Source of the DNA: Bacteroidales bacterium
GTDB lineage: Bacteria; Bacteroidota; Bacteroidia; Bacteroidales; VadinHA17
NCBI GenBank assembly: GCA_040772125.1
Contig: JAXGYS010000004.1
Coordinates: 184,021-248,020 of the forward strand
Length of the DNA: 64,000 nt
Direction: 5' to 3'
The translations under genes were made by a program, and so were the position numbers. Each line of letters starts with the position of its first letter. The stretch's first letter is position 1. The notes beneath the pieces were generated by a model. It was not told the origin of the DNA, ran no database searches, and saw only the letters and a list, made by a program, of their open reading frames with translations. Shown here one piece after another: positions 7,574 to 17,250 of the stretch.

Positions 7574-8860
7574 ATGAAACTAAAAGGAACCCCTTCCAGG
7601 GGATTGCTTGGAACCACGCTCGGATTCTTCTTCGGATTTGCCGCTGTTGCACTGTATGGTCCCACAGCATTGAAATTCAAGGAGGCAATGGACCTCACTC
7701 CGGCTCTTGTTGGATTGCTGATCGCCATCCCTTCCCTTTCGGGATCTTTGCTGCGGATACCTTTCGGAGCATGGGTCGACACCACAGGAGGCAAGATCCC
7801 CTTCCTTATACTTTTGATACTCAGTGCTGTCGGTCTTGGCGGCGTAACCCTTTTGCTTCATACTTCCTATCCCGAAGGCATGAAAGGCATGTACTGGCTT
7901 GTCCTTTTCTTCGGATTCCTGAGCGGTTGCGGCATCGCAACATTTTCTGTCGGTATAGCCCAGACCTCCTACTGGTTCCCGCGGAACAAACAGGGAAGCG
8001 CCCTTGGGACCTTTGGCGGCCTGGGAAACCTGGCCCCTGGTATTTTCTCGATCATTCTTCCCCTGTTCCTAACCCGGTTTGGTTTCATTTCGGCCTACTT
8101 TGCCTGGTTCCTTTTCCTTGTTTTAGGAACGGTGCTTTATGGCCTTATAGGTCAGAATTCGTACTTTTTCCAGTTCAGGAAAGCCGGCCTGTCGGTAGAT
8201 GAGGCAAAAGCGAAAGCTTCTGAACACGGACAGGAGATCTTTCCTTCGGGTGGGGTAAAGGAGAGCCTGCTTAACTCGGCGAAAATACCAAACACATGGG
8301 CTCTCGTGGCGTTGTATTTCACAACTTTCGGAGGCTTTATCGCACTTACGGCCTGGTTTCCAACGTATTGGAGCGAATATCAGCATTTTGAGCCGGTAAA
8401 GGCAGGTTTGTTCACCGCTGTATTCTCGATACTTGCTTCACTTATCAGGGTTTACGGAGGAAAGGTTGCCGACAAGTTCGGAGGGGAAAGGACTGTTCTT
8501 GTCTCAATGTCGCTTATCATGATTTCGGCAGCCATGCTCTCGTTCTCATCGGGAATTGCTGCAAGCATTATGATAGTGATCCTTCTTGCCCTCGGGATGG
8601 GGACCTCAAACGCAGCCATATTCAAGCTTGTCCCGGCCTATATCCCTAAAGCTGTCGGAGGAGCCTCAGGCTGGATCGGCGGACTGGGAGCATTTGGCGG
8701 ATTTGCACTGCCCCCTGTAATGGGTGCAATAGCAGGAAAATACGGTGCGGCAGGTTATGCAAGGGGATTCCTGGTCTTTGTTGCCCTTTCGGTTATCAAC
8801 CTTCTTATAATCTATGTTCTTATAAGGAACAGATCAAAAGCCGAACTAAGTCACAAATAA
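7574..8860 (+). CDS. narK: MFS nitrate/nitrite transporter (NNP family)
   Basis: Polytopic protein of about 12 TM segments with Gly-rich NNP-type segments. It lies 26 nt upstream of narG. Confidence 0.85.
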   Translation: MKLKGTPSRGLLGTTLGFFFGFAAVALYGPTALKFKEAMDLTPALVGLLIAIPSLSGSLLRIPFGAWVDTTGGKIPFLILLILSAVGLGGVTLLLHTSYPEGMKGMYWLVLFFGFLSGCGIATFSVGIAQTSYWFPRNKQGSALGTFGGLGNLAPGIFSIILPLFLTRFGFISAYFAWFLFLVLGTVLYGLIGQNSYFFQFRKAGLSVDEAKAKASEHGQEIFPSGGVKESLLNSAKIPNTWALVALYFTTFGGFIALTAWFPTYWSEYQHFEPVKAGLFTAVFSILASLIRVYGGKVADKFGGERTVLVSMSLIMISAAMLSFSSGIAASIMIVILLALGMGTSNAAIFKLVPAYIPKAVGGASGWIGGLGAFGGFALPPVMGAIAGKYGAAGYARGFLVFVALSVINLLIIYVLIRNRSKAELSHK

Positions 8861-8886
8861 AACAGAAACAACTTAATTTACAGGTT

Positions 8887-11800
8887 ATGAGTCTGTTAAA
8901 TAAACTGGTCTATTTCAGCAGAAGTGCTGAGAAAAGCGCCGACAAGCATATTGTCACGACCGGAGAGAAGCGCGGTTGGGAGGGATACTACAGGAGCCGC
9001 TGGCAATATGATAAAGTGGTAAGGTCAACTCACGGAGTCAACTGCACGGGATCTTGTTCGTGGAAGATCTATGTAAAGAACAACCTCGTAACCTGGGAGA
9101 TCCAGCAGACCGACTACCCCGAGACAAGGCCAGACCTGCCGAACCATGAGCCGAGAGGCTGCCCCAGGGGAGCAAGCTACTCGTGGTATCTGTACAGCAC
9201 GAACAGGATAAAGTATCCGATGATCCGCGGATCGCTTGTGAGGGCATACCAGAAGGCAAAAGCATCACATTCAGATCCGGTAAAGGCATGGGAAAGCCTG
9301 ATGAACGATCCCGATGTGACAAAGGATTACAAATCCGGGCGAGGCCTGGGGGGAATGATCCGTGCTCAATGGGATGAGGTAAATGAAATAATTGCAGCCT
9401 CAAATATTTACACAATAAGAAAATACGGACCCGACAGGCTTGTTGGTTTCACTCCGATACCAGCCATGTCGATGGTATCGTATGCATCGGGGGCAAGATA
9501 CATGAGTCTTCTGGGCGGACTGGTACTGAGTTTCTACGATTTCTACTGCGATCTTCCGCCGGCCTCACCGCAGACATGGGGTGAACAGACCGACGTTCCC
9601 GAGAGTGCCGACTGGTATAACTCCTCGTTCCTGATGCTTTGGGGCTCGAATGTTCCGCTGACCAGGACCCCCGACTCGCCTTTCTACACCCAGGTGAGAT
9701 ACAAGGGTACCAAGGTCATAAACATCTCGCCCGATTACAACGATGCCGCCAAATTCGCCGACCTCTGGATGAAGCCGAAACAGGGCACCGATGCAGCGCT
9801 GGGAATGGCAATGGGGCACGTGATCCTGAAGGAGTTTTACCTTGAGAAGGAAACACCCTGGTTTTACAAATATGCCATTCAGTATACCGATCTTCCCTTT
9901 CTCGTCAGGATTGAAAATAAAAACGGAAAAAATGTTCCCGGACGGATCGTAAGGGCATCGGACCTCGGCAATGATCTTGCAAAGGAAAAGAACGCGGAAT
10001 GGAAGCCGGTGATCTTTGACAAGACATCAGACGGCTTTGTGGTTCCCAACGGGACTATAGGATCGAGGTGGGATGAAAGTAAAAGATGGAACCTCGAACT
10101 TAAGGATTCGGTCAGCGGCAAGCCTGTTGATCCCCTTCTTTCCGTCCTCGACAGGAGGGACGATGTTGCTGAGGTCTCGTTCCCCTATTTCGGAGGACAG
10201 GCTTACAGGCACGAGCACTTCAATTCAACTGATCATCCCGAAATAATAACAAGGAAGGTCCCTGTTAAAAGATCCGCCGATGGAAATTTTCTATACTGCA
10301 CGGTATTTGACCTGATGGCAGCCGGTTATGGTGTTGACAGAGGACTCGATGACAGATATTCAGCAGCCGGCTATGAGGAAAACCTTCCCTATACTCCTGC
10401 CTGGCAGGAAAAGATAACAGGTGTTTCTGCATCGCAGGTAGTTTCAACTGCAAGGCAGTTTGCAGAGAATGCGGCAAAGACTTCGGGAAGGTCTATGATC
10501 ATCATCGGAGCTGGTGTGAATCACTGGTTCCATACCGACATGATATACAGGAGCGCCATCAACATGCTCATGCTGTGCGGTTGTGTCGGTCAGTCGGGAG
10601 GTGGCTGGGCTCACTACGTCGGACAGGAGAAGCTTCGTCCCCAGACAGGCTGGCTTCCCCTCGCCTTTGCGCTCGACTGGAACCGGCCTCCCCGCCAGAT
10701 GAACACAACATCCTTTTTCTACATGCACAGCGACCAGTGGCGTTACGAAAAGGTAGGGCTTTCGGAGCTTGTCTCCCCTCTTGCCGACAAGGATGAATGG
10801 AGCAAGCTGTCGATGATAGATTGCAATGTAAAAGCTGAAAGGATGGGCTGGCTTCCCTCGGGTCCGCAACTGAGCGAAAATCCTCTTGAACTGTGCAGGG
10901 AAGCCGAAAAGGAAGGGCGTGATATTGAAGAATTCATCACGGCGAAGCTGAAGAAGAACGAGCTCACCATTGCCTCAGAAGATCCCGACAATCCCAAGAA
11001 CTTCCCAAGGAACCTTTTTGTCTGGAGGTCAAACCTTCTCGGGTCGAGCGCTAAGGGAATGGAATATTTCATGAAGCATCTTCTCGGGACACAGAATTCT
11101 GTTCTTGGTGAGGATCTTAAATCACAGGGAGGGCAGCTGCCCTCAGAAGTCATTTGGCACGAGAGGGCGCCTGAGGGGAAGCTTGATCTTCTTGTCACTC
11201 TCGACTACAGGATGTCGACAACCGCACTTCATTCAGACATAATACTTCCGGCGGCAACATGGTATGAAAAGGATGACCTCAGCACTTCCGACATGCATCC
11301 TTTCATTCATCCTTTCTCAAAAGCCGTTGATCCGCTCTGGGAATCGCGTTCCGACTGGGACATATTCAAAGGGCTGGCGAAAAAGTTCTCGGAACTGGCG
11401 CCGGGTCATCTCGGAAAGGAAAAGGACGTGGTACTGCTGCCGCTTCAGCACGACACTCCGATGGAACTGTCCGAAACCACCGGAGGCCATGACTGGAAGG
11501 AACAGGGTCTCGCGCCGAAACCCGGAAAGAACATGCCTAAGCTTATTCAGCTTGTGAGAGATTATCCCGAAACATACAACAGGTTCACAACCCTGGGTCC
11601 CCTGATGGAAAAAATCGGGAACGGCTCAAAGGGAATAGCATGGAATACGGTTGAGGAAGTAGGATTCCTGAAGAAGCTGAACACGACTTCGGCACATGAA
11701 GGAGAAACAGGCGGACTGGTAAAGATCGAAACCGATATTCAGGCTGCTGAAGTGATCCTTACTCTTGCTCCCGAGACCAACGGTCATGTAGCTGTCAAGG

Positions 11801-12615
11801 CATGGGAAGCTCTTGAAAAAACTACAGGACGGGGCCACAGGCATCTTGCCGAAGGCCGCAGCGAGGAAAAGATAAGGTTTGCCGATCTCCTGCGCCAGCC
11901 CAGAAAGATAATCACCTCCCCCATCTGGAGCGGTATCGATTCCGAGGAAGTGTCGTACAACGCCGGCTATACAAATGTTCATGAACTGATACCCTGGAGG
12001 ACGCTTACCGGGAGGCAGACCAGCTACCAGGATCATCCGTGGATGCAGGCTTTCGGAGAGAACCTTGTATGCTACAAACCTCCGATAAACACCAAATCGG
12101 TGCCCGGTGTCATGGATAAACTCGGCAGTACTGATAAATATCTCATTATAAACATGATGACGCCCCACAACAAATGGACTATCCATTCATCATGGTCGGA
12201 TAACCTTATTATGCTTACACTCGGGCGAGGCGGACCGGTGGCCTGGCTGAGCGAGACTGATGCGCGCAAGATAAACCTTGGCGACAACGACTGGATTGAG
12301 GTCTTCAACAGCAACGGCGCCTCGGTTGCGCGCCTTATTGTTTCCCAGAGGGTTCCGGAAGGCGCCCTGATAATGTACCACAACCAGGAGAGAACAGTCA
12401 ACATGCCTGTTAACCAGATTAACGGCAACCGGGGAGGGGTTCATAACTCCGTTGAACGGCTGAGCCTTAAGCCCACCCACATGATAGGAGGCTATGCCCA
12501 CCTGAGCTACGGATTCAACTACTACGGGACCATAGGTTCGAACCGCGACGAGTTCGTGATAATCCGCAAGCTGAAAAAAGCGGAATGGAACGATGAAGGT
12601 TACGAGGAAAAATAA
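8887..12615 (+). CDS. narG: Respiratory nitrate reductase alpha subunit (Mo-bisMGD)
   Basis: HGVNCTGSCSWKIYVKNNLVTWEIQQTDYPETRPDLPNHEPRGCPRGASYSWYLYS is near-identical to the E. coli NarG FS0 region. Length is 1242 aa. No twin-arginine leader is present. Confidence 0.97.
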   Translation: MSLLNKLVYFSRSAEKSADKHIVTTGEKRGWEGYYRSRWQYDKVVRSTHGVNCTGSCSWKIYVKNNLVTWEIQQTDYPETRPDLPNHEPRGCPRGASYSWYLYSTNRIKYPMIRGSLVRAYQKAKASHSDPVKAWESLMNDPDVTKDYKSGRGLGGMIRAQWDEVNEIIAASNIYTIRKYGPDRLVGFTPIPAMSMVSYASGARYMSLLGGLVLSFYDFYCDLPPASPQTWGEQTDVPESADWYNSSFLMLWGSNVPLTRTPDSPFYTQVRYKGTKVINISPDYNDAAKFADLWMKPKQGTDAALGMAMGHVILKEFYLEKETPWFYKYAIQYTDLPFLVRIENKNGKNVPGRIVRASDLGNDLAKEKNAEWKPVIFDKTSDGFVVPNGTIGSRWDESKRWNLELKDSVSGKPVDPLLSVLDRRDDVAEVSFPYFGGQAYRHEHFNSTDHPEIITRKVPVKRSADGNFLYCTVFDLMAAGYGVDRGLDDRYSAAGYEENLPYTPAWQEKITGVSASQVVSTARQFAENAAKTSGRSMIIIGAGVNHWFHTDMIYRSAINMLMLCGCVGQSGGGWAHYVGQEKLRPQTGWLPLAFALDWNRPPRQMNTTSFFYMHSDQWRYEKVGLSELVSPLADKDEWSKLSMIDCNVKAERMGWLPSGPQLSENPLELCREAEKEGRDIEEFITAKLKKNELTIASEDPDNPKNFPRNLFVWRSNLLGSSAKGMEYFMKHLLGTQNSVLGEDLKSQGGQLPSEVIWHERAPEGKLDLLVTLDYRMSTTALHSDIILPAATWYEKDDLSTSDMHPFIHPFSKAVDPLWESRSDWDIFKGLAKKFSELAPGHLGKEKDVVLLPLQHDTPMELSETTGGHDWKEQGLAPKPGKNMPKLIQLVRDYPETYNRFTTLGPLMEKIGNGSKGIAWNTVEEVGFLKKLNTTSAHEGETGGLVKIETDIQAAEVILTLAPETNGHVAVKAWEALEKTTGRGHRHLAEGRSEEKIRFADLLRQPRKIITSPIWSGIDSEEVSYNAGYTNVHELIPWRTLTGRQTSYQDHPWMQAFGENLVCYKPPINTKSVPGVMDKLGSTDKYLIINMMTPHNKWTIHSSWSDNLIMLTLGRGGPVAWLSETDARKINLGDNDWIEVFNSNGASVARLIVSQRVPEGALIMYHNQERTVNMPVNQINGNRGGVHNSVERLSLKPTHMIGGYAHLSYGFNYYGTIGSNRDEFVIIRKLKKAEWNDEGYEEK

Positions 12616-12626
12616 AAAACACACTC

Positions 12627-14111
12627 ATGCAGATACGTGCACAGCTGGCAATGGTTCTGAATCTGGACAAATGCATTGGATGCCATACTTGTTCAGTTAC
12701 ATGCAAAAACGTCTGGACTTCGCGGAAGGGAGTCGAATATGCATGGTTCAACAATGTCGAGACAAAGCCCGGCATAGGTTACCCCGATGAATGGGAGAAC
12801 CAGAAGCGATGGAAGGGAGGCTGGAAGCTCAGCAGGGGCAGGCTTATCCCGGCAGCAGGAAGCAAGGCAGGGATTATGAAAAACATCTTTGCAAATCCCT
12901 TCATGCCTCAGATAGGAGATTACTATGAGCCCTTCACCTTCAACTATTCAATCCTTCACAGCGGCTCGCGCTTCAGGACTCCCCCGTCGGCAAGACCATT
13001 TTCAGCTATTACCGGCAAGCCTATGAAGAAAATTGAAAAGACGGCCAACTGGGAGGACAACCTGGGAGGGGAGTTTTCCAGAAGGAGCAGGGAAACGAAT
13101 TTTGAGAATCTTGAAAAGAAGATCTACGCAGGATTTGAGAATTCCTTCATGATGTATCTACCGCGTCTTTGCGAACACTGCCTGAATCCGGCCTGCGTTG
13201 CTGCCTGTCCTTCGGGTGCGATCTACAAGAGGGAGGAAGACGGAATAGTGCTGATTGACCAGAGCCGCTGCCGCGGGTGGAGGCAATGCGTAAGCGCATG
13301 CCCTTACAAAAAGATATATTTCAACTGGGAGACAAGGAAATCGGAGAAGTGCATCCTGTGCTACCCGAAGACTGAAAACGGAGAACCCACCATCTGTTCC
13401 GAATCGTGTGTCGGAAGGATAAGGTACATAGGCATAATGCTGTATGATGCAGACAGGATTTACAGTGCGGCCTCGCAGGAAAATGAGAAATTCCTTTACG
13501 GCGACCATCTCGGCCTCTTCCCCGATCCCCGCGATCCGGAGATAATAAAGCTTGCCCTTGAACAGGGAATCCCGCAGAACTTTCTTGATGCTGCAGCCGC
13601 TTCACCGGTTTACAGGATGGCTGTGGAATGGAAGATCGCCTTCCCCCTGCATCCCGAATACCGGACCCTTCCGATGGTGTGGTATGTTCCGCCGCTCTCT
13701 CCGGTAATATCCGCTGCCAGCAGCGCCGGAAAAAGAGTGAACGGTATACTTCCCGATGTCGGAGAATTAAGGATCCCCAATAAGTATCTTGCAAACATGT
13801 TCACTGCCGGCGATGAAAAACCGGTTGCTGAAGCATTAAGAAAAATGCTTGCAATGAGGGCTTATATGAGAAGTAAAACTGTCGACAATGAGATAAACAC
13901 CGGTGTTCTGGAGGGAACAGGCCTGACACCTGAAGCAACGGAGGAGATGTACCGGCTAATGGCTCTTGCCCATTACCGCGACCGTTATGTCATTCCGACA
14001 TCACACAGGGAACATTCGGGCAATGCCTTTGAGGATAAGGCAGGATGCGGCTTTAATGAGGATCCGGGCTGCGGAACTGGTAAGATAAGAAATCTCTTCG
14101 GAGGGATATAG
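12627..14111 (+). CDS. narH: Respiratory nitrate reductase beta subunit (Fe-S)
   Basis: MQIRAQLAMVLNLDKCIGCHTCSVTCKNVWT... plus CEHCLNPACVAACPSGAIYKREEDGIVLIDQSRCRGWRQCVSACPYKKIYFNW. Confidence 0.97.
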   Translation: MQIRAQLAMVLNLDKCIGCHTCSVTCKNVWTSRKGVEYAWFNNVETKPGIGYPDEWENQKRWKGGWKLSRGRLIPAAGSKAGIMKNIFANPFMPQIGDYYEPFTFNYSILHSGSRFRTPPSARPFSAITGKPMKKIEKTANWEDNLGGEFSRRSRETNFENLEKKIYAGFENSFMMYLPRLCEHCLNPACVAACPSGAIYKREEDGIVLIDQSRCRGWRQCVSACPYKKIYFNWETRKSEKCILCYPKTENGEPTICSESCVGRIRYIGIMLYDADRIYSAASQENEKFLYGDHLGLFPDPRDPEIIKLALEQGIPQNFLDAAAASPVYRMAVEWKIAFPLHPEYRTLPMVWYVPPLSPVISAASSAGKRVNGILPDVGELRIPNKYLANMFTAGDEKPVAEALRKMLAMRAYMRSKTVDNEINTGVLEGTGLTPEATEEMYRLMALAHYRDRYVIPTSHREHSGNAFEDKAGCGFNEDPGCGTGKIRNLFGGI

Positions 14112-14112
14112 G

Positions 14113-14730
14113 ATGATAAAAACTTACAAGATACTGTCCTTATTCCTGTCATATCCCGGTCAGGACCTACAGGATTTCCTTCATGAGGCCGCAGCGGAAC
14201 TGAGACAGGAAGGCCTTCTTGACAAAAGTATCATTGATAAACTTGAAGAATTCGCTGATCATTTTTCCGGGATGGATATTATCGACTGGCAGGCTCATTA
14301 CGTCAGTCTTTTTGATATATCCCGGAACACATCTCTATACATATTCGAACACCTCAGGGGCGATTCGAAGGAAAGGGGACAGGCAATGGCCGACCTGCTT
14401 GATTTCTACCTGGAGTACGGATTTGAAATGAAAGAAGGAGAACTGCCCGACTACCTTCCTGCCTTTCTTGAATTCCTTTCTTCACTTGATAAACAAAAAG
14501 CATCTGAACTACTTTCCCAGCCCGTTAACATCCTCAACCGTATTTACATCATCTTCAGGGAAAAGAACAACATTTACAGGCATGTTTTTGAAGCCGTTAT
14601 TTCGCTTTCATCTGTCTTGCCTGACAATGAAGATACATACTCAACCGGCGACCTTATGAATGCCGGTTTTGATGAATTATACCAGGAACCCCCTGCCTTT
14701 TCAGGGGAACCGATTGAGCCGGATAACTAA
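14113..14730 (+). CDS. narJ: Nitrate reductase molybdenum cofactor assembly chaperone
   Basis: Its position between narH and narI, its size (205 aa) and the acidic helical sequence LSLFLSYPGQDL...YVSLFD... are typical of NarJ. Confidence 0.85.
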   Translation: MIKTYKILSLFLSYPGQDLQDFLHEAAAELRQEGLLDKSIIDKLEEFADHFSGMDIIDWQAHYVSLFDISRNTSLYIFEHLRGDSKERGQAMADLLDFYLEYGFEMKEGELPDYLPAFLEFLSSLDKQKASELLSQPVNILNRIYIIFREKNNIYRHVFEAVISLSSVLPDNEDTYSTGDLMNAGFDELYQEPPAFSGEPIEPDN

Positions 14731-14741
14731 ACAAAAGCGTC

Positions 14742-15425
14742 ATGGAAAATTACATCAACAATCTGTTGTTCACATATCTCCCTCATATTGCCTTTGCAGT
14801 TTTCTGGTTTGGACTGATAACCAGAATAGTATATGCCAACAGAAGCATTCAGGCACGGTCAACCCAACTGCTCGCCGATAAAAGGATCAGGCCGGGAAGC
14901 AACCTTTTTCATGCGGGCATACTTGCCGTTTTGCTTGGTCATTTTACCCTCCTCATCCCAGAAAGGCTTTATCACCTTATAATGACAACTGAAACGAAAC
15001 GGCTTATTGCCCTTTGCATGGGCTCATTCTTCGGGATACTGGCTATTGTCGGGATGACACTTCTTGTCTACAGGAGATTAAGTGTTAAGACGGTTAAAAG
15101 TACAAGTAATTTTCACGATTATTTTATTCTGATCCTTCTGCTTGCAGAAGCAGCCCTGGGAATGATATCAGTCGGGACAACGGCGTCAGGTACGGTAGAG
15201 CAGTATGCGGCCCTGGGCATCTGGGCCCAGAAGGTAATAACATTCCAGCCTGACGCAGGAGCGGTGATCGCATCCCATAGCATAATATACAAAATACACA
15301 TCGTCATCGGTCTTGTGGTCATAATGATATTCCCTTACACGAAACTGATGCATATGCTTGTAATGCCCCTTGTTTACTTTTTCAGGTCAGGATTCCTGCT
15401 TATAAGGAAAAGCATGAAATTTTAG
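14742..15425 (+). CDS. narI: Respiratory nitrate reductase gamma subunit (di-haem b membrane anchor)
   Basis: 227 aa and about 5 TM segments. Conserved His residues in TM segments (HIAFAVFWFG, FHAGILAVLLGHF, IHIVIG). Last gene of the operon. Confidence 0.9.
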   Translation: MENYINNLLFTYLPHIAFAVFWFGLITRIVYANRSIQARSTQLLADKRIRPGSNLFHAGILAVLLGHFTLLIPERLYHLIMTTETKRLIALCMGSFFGILAIVGMTLLVYRRLSVKTVKSTSNFHDYFILILLLAEAALGMISVGTTASGTVEQYAALGIWAQKVITFQPDAGAVIASHSIIYKIHIVIGLVVIMIFPYTKLMHMLVMPLVYFFRSGFLLIRKSMKF

Positions 15426-15534
15426 CCGCCTGTAAGATCAGCTGAGACATGCATTATGTTGGTTTTTTTTCCATATAACGCCTCTTATCCTCAAGGATCG
15501 GACTTGAAAGAACATGCAGGAAATCCCGGAATTG

Positions 15535-17250
15535 CTATTCTTTGCTGCGGTACTGGAGATGATTAATGATCATTTCTCCTGCTTCACGGATGCCTGCTTT
15601 CCCCGTTTCAAGGATCAACGCATTGTCGAGACCCCACTTCCGCGTTACATCTGCGGCGTAAGAATCTCTTACCGAGATCAGGAGGAGCTTTTCATTCCGG
15701 GATAACAATTCACCAATGGCAGGAGCCCATCCCCGTTCTTCGATTTCGAGCATACCCACTTCATCAATAATTACTATTACAGCTGACACCGATTTCAGGA
15801 TGGTCCTCCCCGCTTCGAGACCATCACTGCAGACATGGAAGCGTCCTATTCTTTCAGAACCTGCTCCACCGTTTTGCCTCAGGAATGGCTTTCTTTCCCC
15901 GGTTTCAATATTCACGACATCATATCCTGTCGTTATAGGCCCATCCTGTATCCGTTCTGATATAATTCCACCGGGATTGATCCCCTTTTGCCTGAGAAAT
16001 TCTATAATTCCCTTTAAAAATGTTGTCTTGCCTTCTCCCACCGATCCTGTGATCATGATCACTGCTGCTGCAGCTTTACTTTTACCTCTTATTTCTTCAA
16101 GCCTCCTTTCAGCCTGGGCCAGGATCTGGTAAAATATAGATACAGGGTTCTTTAGAAGGCTTTTAAGATCGGGGACCGATGCAATGAAAAAGGGAAGGCT
16201 TTCAGCTGAAAGCTCCAGTGCCAGGGGAAGGTTCTTAAAAGCTGTCTTCTGAAAATAATTCCTTATCCTGGGATTATACAACTCCGTACCCAGAACGGTG
16301 AAGCCGACAATTATTACAGCTGCCCTGAAATTCATCTGTATCCCTGTAAGCAGTCCCTGCTGCCATGAGATCTGACCGTTCTGCGCCCGCGAAAGAGCAA
16401 AGGCAGTTATGAGAGTGATAAAGACGAAGAACACCCAGAATTTTGGTCTTGAAAGCTGGCGCATGGCCCTTTTGTACCTTATTGACCACAGGATGATTAC
16501 AGATATTACCACTATGCTCCACACGACCCACGAAGTGTAGTTAAGAATGAAGAAACAACCGATCATAAGAATAAGGTCGGCAAGAAGCCATGGTATCGAA
16601 TGGTTAAAATCCCCTCCGGCTGAGCGACGGAATTCCTTAACGGAATTGCTGACCGGAGTTGCATTGTAATTAAGAGGCTGATTCTTCATTTTTCGTCCCA
16701 CGATGATCCCTGTCACTCCTGCAAAAAAGCCGAACAGTGCAAAAACGATCAGAAGGATGATTATTGGAATCCATACTATATCCGTCTGGATATTGAGCTG
16801 CCTCTGGGCCATCCCGAGAAGGTTGTTATAGACTTCTATTATATTTGCCCCGTAGAAGATAATATAGTTCGCTATTTTCTGAAAAAGGTTCCATGACATT
16901 GCCAGCACGGCTCCTGTCAGGTACCCGGCAAAAGTTCTGCCCATAAGCCTGACGGATGATTCAATAAGAAAAGCCTCGGCAAGGATCGCGATCATGGGCC
17001 CGAAGATCACAGCGCTTGGCGACATTGTCTTCATTAGGGCGCAAATAAGTCCGGCCCGCCAGATCAGTCCTCTTTCAGTCCAGATGTGGCTTATTGATAT
17101 CAGGATCACAATTCCTATGGCAGTGAGCACATTCCCGCTGAAAGGGACCTTAAGGTTATGAAGAAAGCTTCCCAGAACGATTTCAGATGCTGCCCATATC
17201 GTTCCGGTTATCGAAGCCTTTATCCATTTTTCGCTCAGGTTATTTTTCAT
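15535..17250 (-). CDS. Fusion protein: polytopic membrane domain of about 400 aa (9-10 hydrophobic segments) plus a C-terminal THEP1/DUF2478-like P-loop NTPase
   Basis: The C-terminus has Walker A (ITGSVGEGKTTF), GGIISERI...GYDVVNIETGER, RIGRFHV and Walker B (VIIDEVGMLEIEERGW). This follows the NTPase_1/THEP1 pattern. I prefer the start MKNNLSEKW at 17250 because ATGAAAAATAA overlaps the upstream stop. The track ORF extends to 17322. Confidence 0.75.
   Translation of the reverse strand: MKNNLSEKWIKASITGTIWAASEIVLGSFLHNLKVPFSGNVLTAIGIVILISISHIWTERGLIWRAGLICALMKTMSPSAVIFGPMIAILAEAFLIESSVRLMGRTFAGYLTGAVLAMSWNLFQKIANYIIFYGANIIEVYNNLLGMAQRQLNIQTDIVWIPIIILLIVFALFGFFAGVTGIIVGRKMKNQPLNYNATPVSNSVKEFRRSAGGDFNHSIPWLLADLILMIGCFFILNYTSWVVWSIVVISVIILWSIRYKRAMRQLSRPKFWVFFVFITLITAFALSRAQNGQISWQQGLLTGIQMNFRAAVIIVGFTVLGTELYNPRIRNYFQKTAFKNLPLALELSAESLPFFIASVPDLKSLLKNPVSIFYQILAQAERRLEEIRGKSKAAAAVIMITGSVGEGKTTFLKGIIEFLRQKGINPGGIISERIQDGPITTGYDVVNIETGERKPFLRQNGGAGSERIGRFHVCSDGLEAGRTILKSVSAVIVIIDEVGMLEIEERGWAPAIGELLSRNEKLLLISVRDSYAADVTRKWGLDNALILETGKAGIREAGEMIINHLQYRSKE

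Noticed and set aside
10743-12186. Long antisense or alternate-frame ORFs inside narG (for example 10743-11198 at 151 aa and 11626-12186 at 186 aa). The same applies inside psrC (27505-28020), xth (51654-52223) and the histidine kinase gene (58705-59424).
   Set aside because: All overlap confidently identified genes and have low-complexity or Arg/Ser/Pro-rich composition typical of shadow ORFs. None has recognisable motifs.
8887-12615. Absence of a twin-arginine leader on NarG as a possible anomaly
   Set aside because: Cytoplasm-facing NarG enzymes normally lack a functional Tat signal, so this is expected.
15440-15475. Possible intrinsic terminator after narI (acat-gcatt-atgt followed by T8)
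   Set aside because: The stem is only 4 bp, too weak to call despite the T-run.
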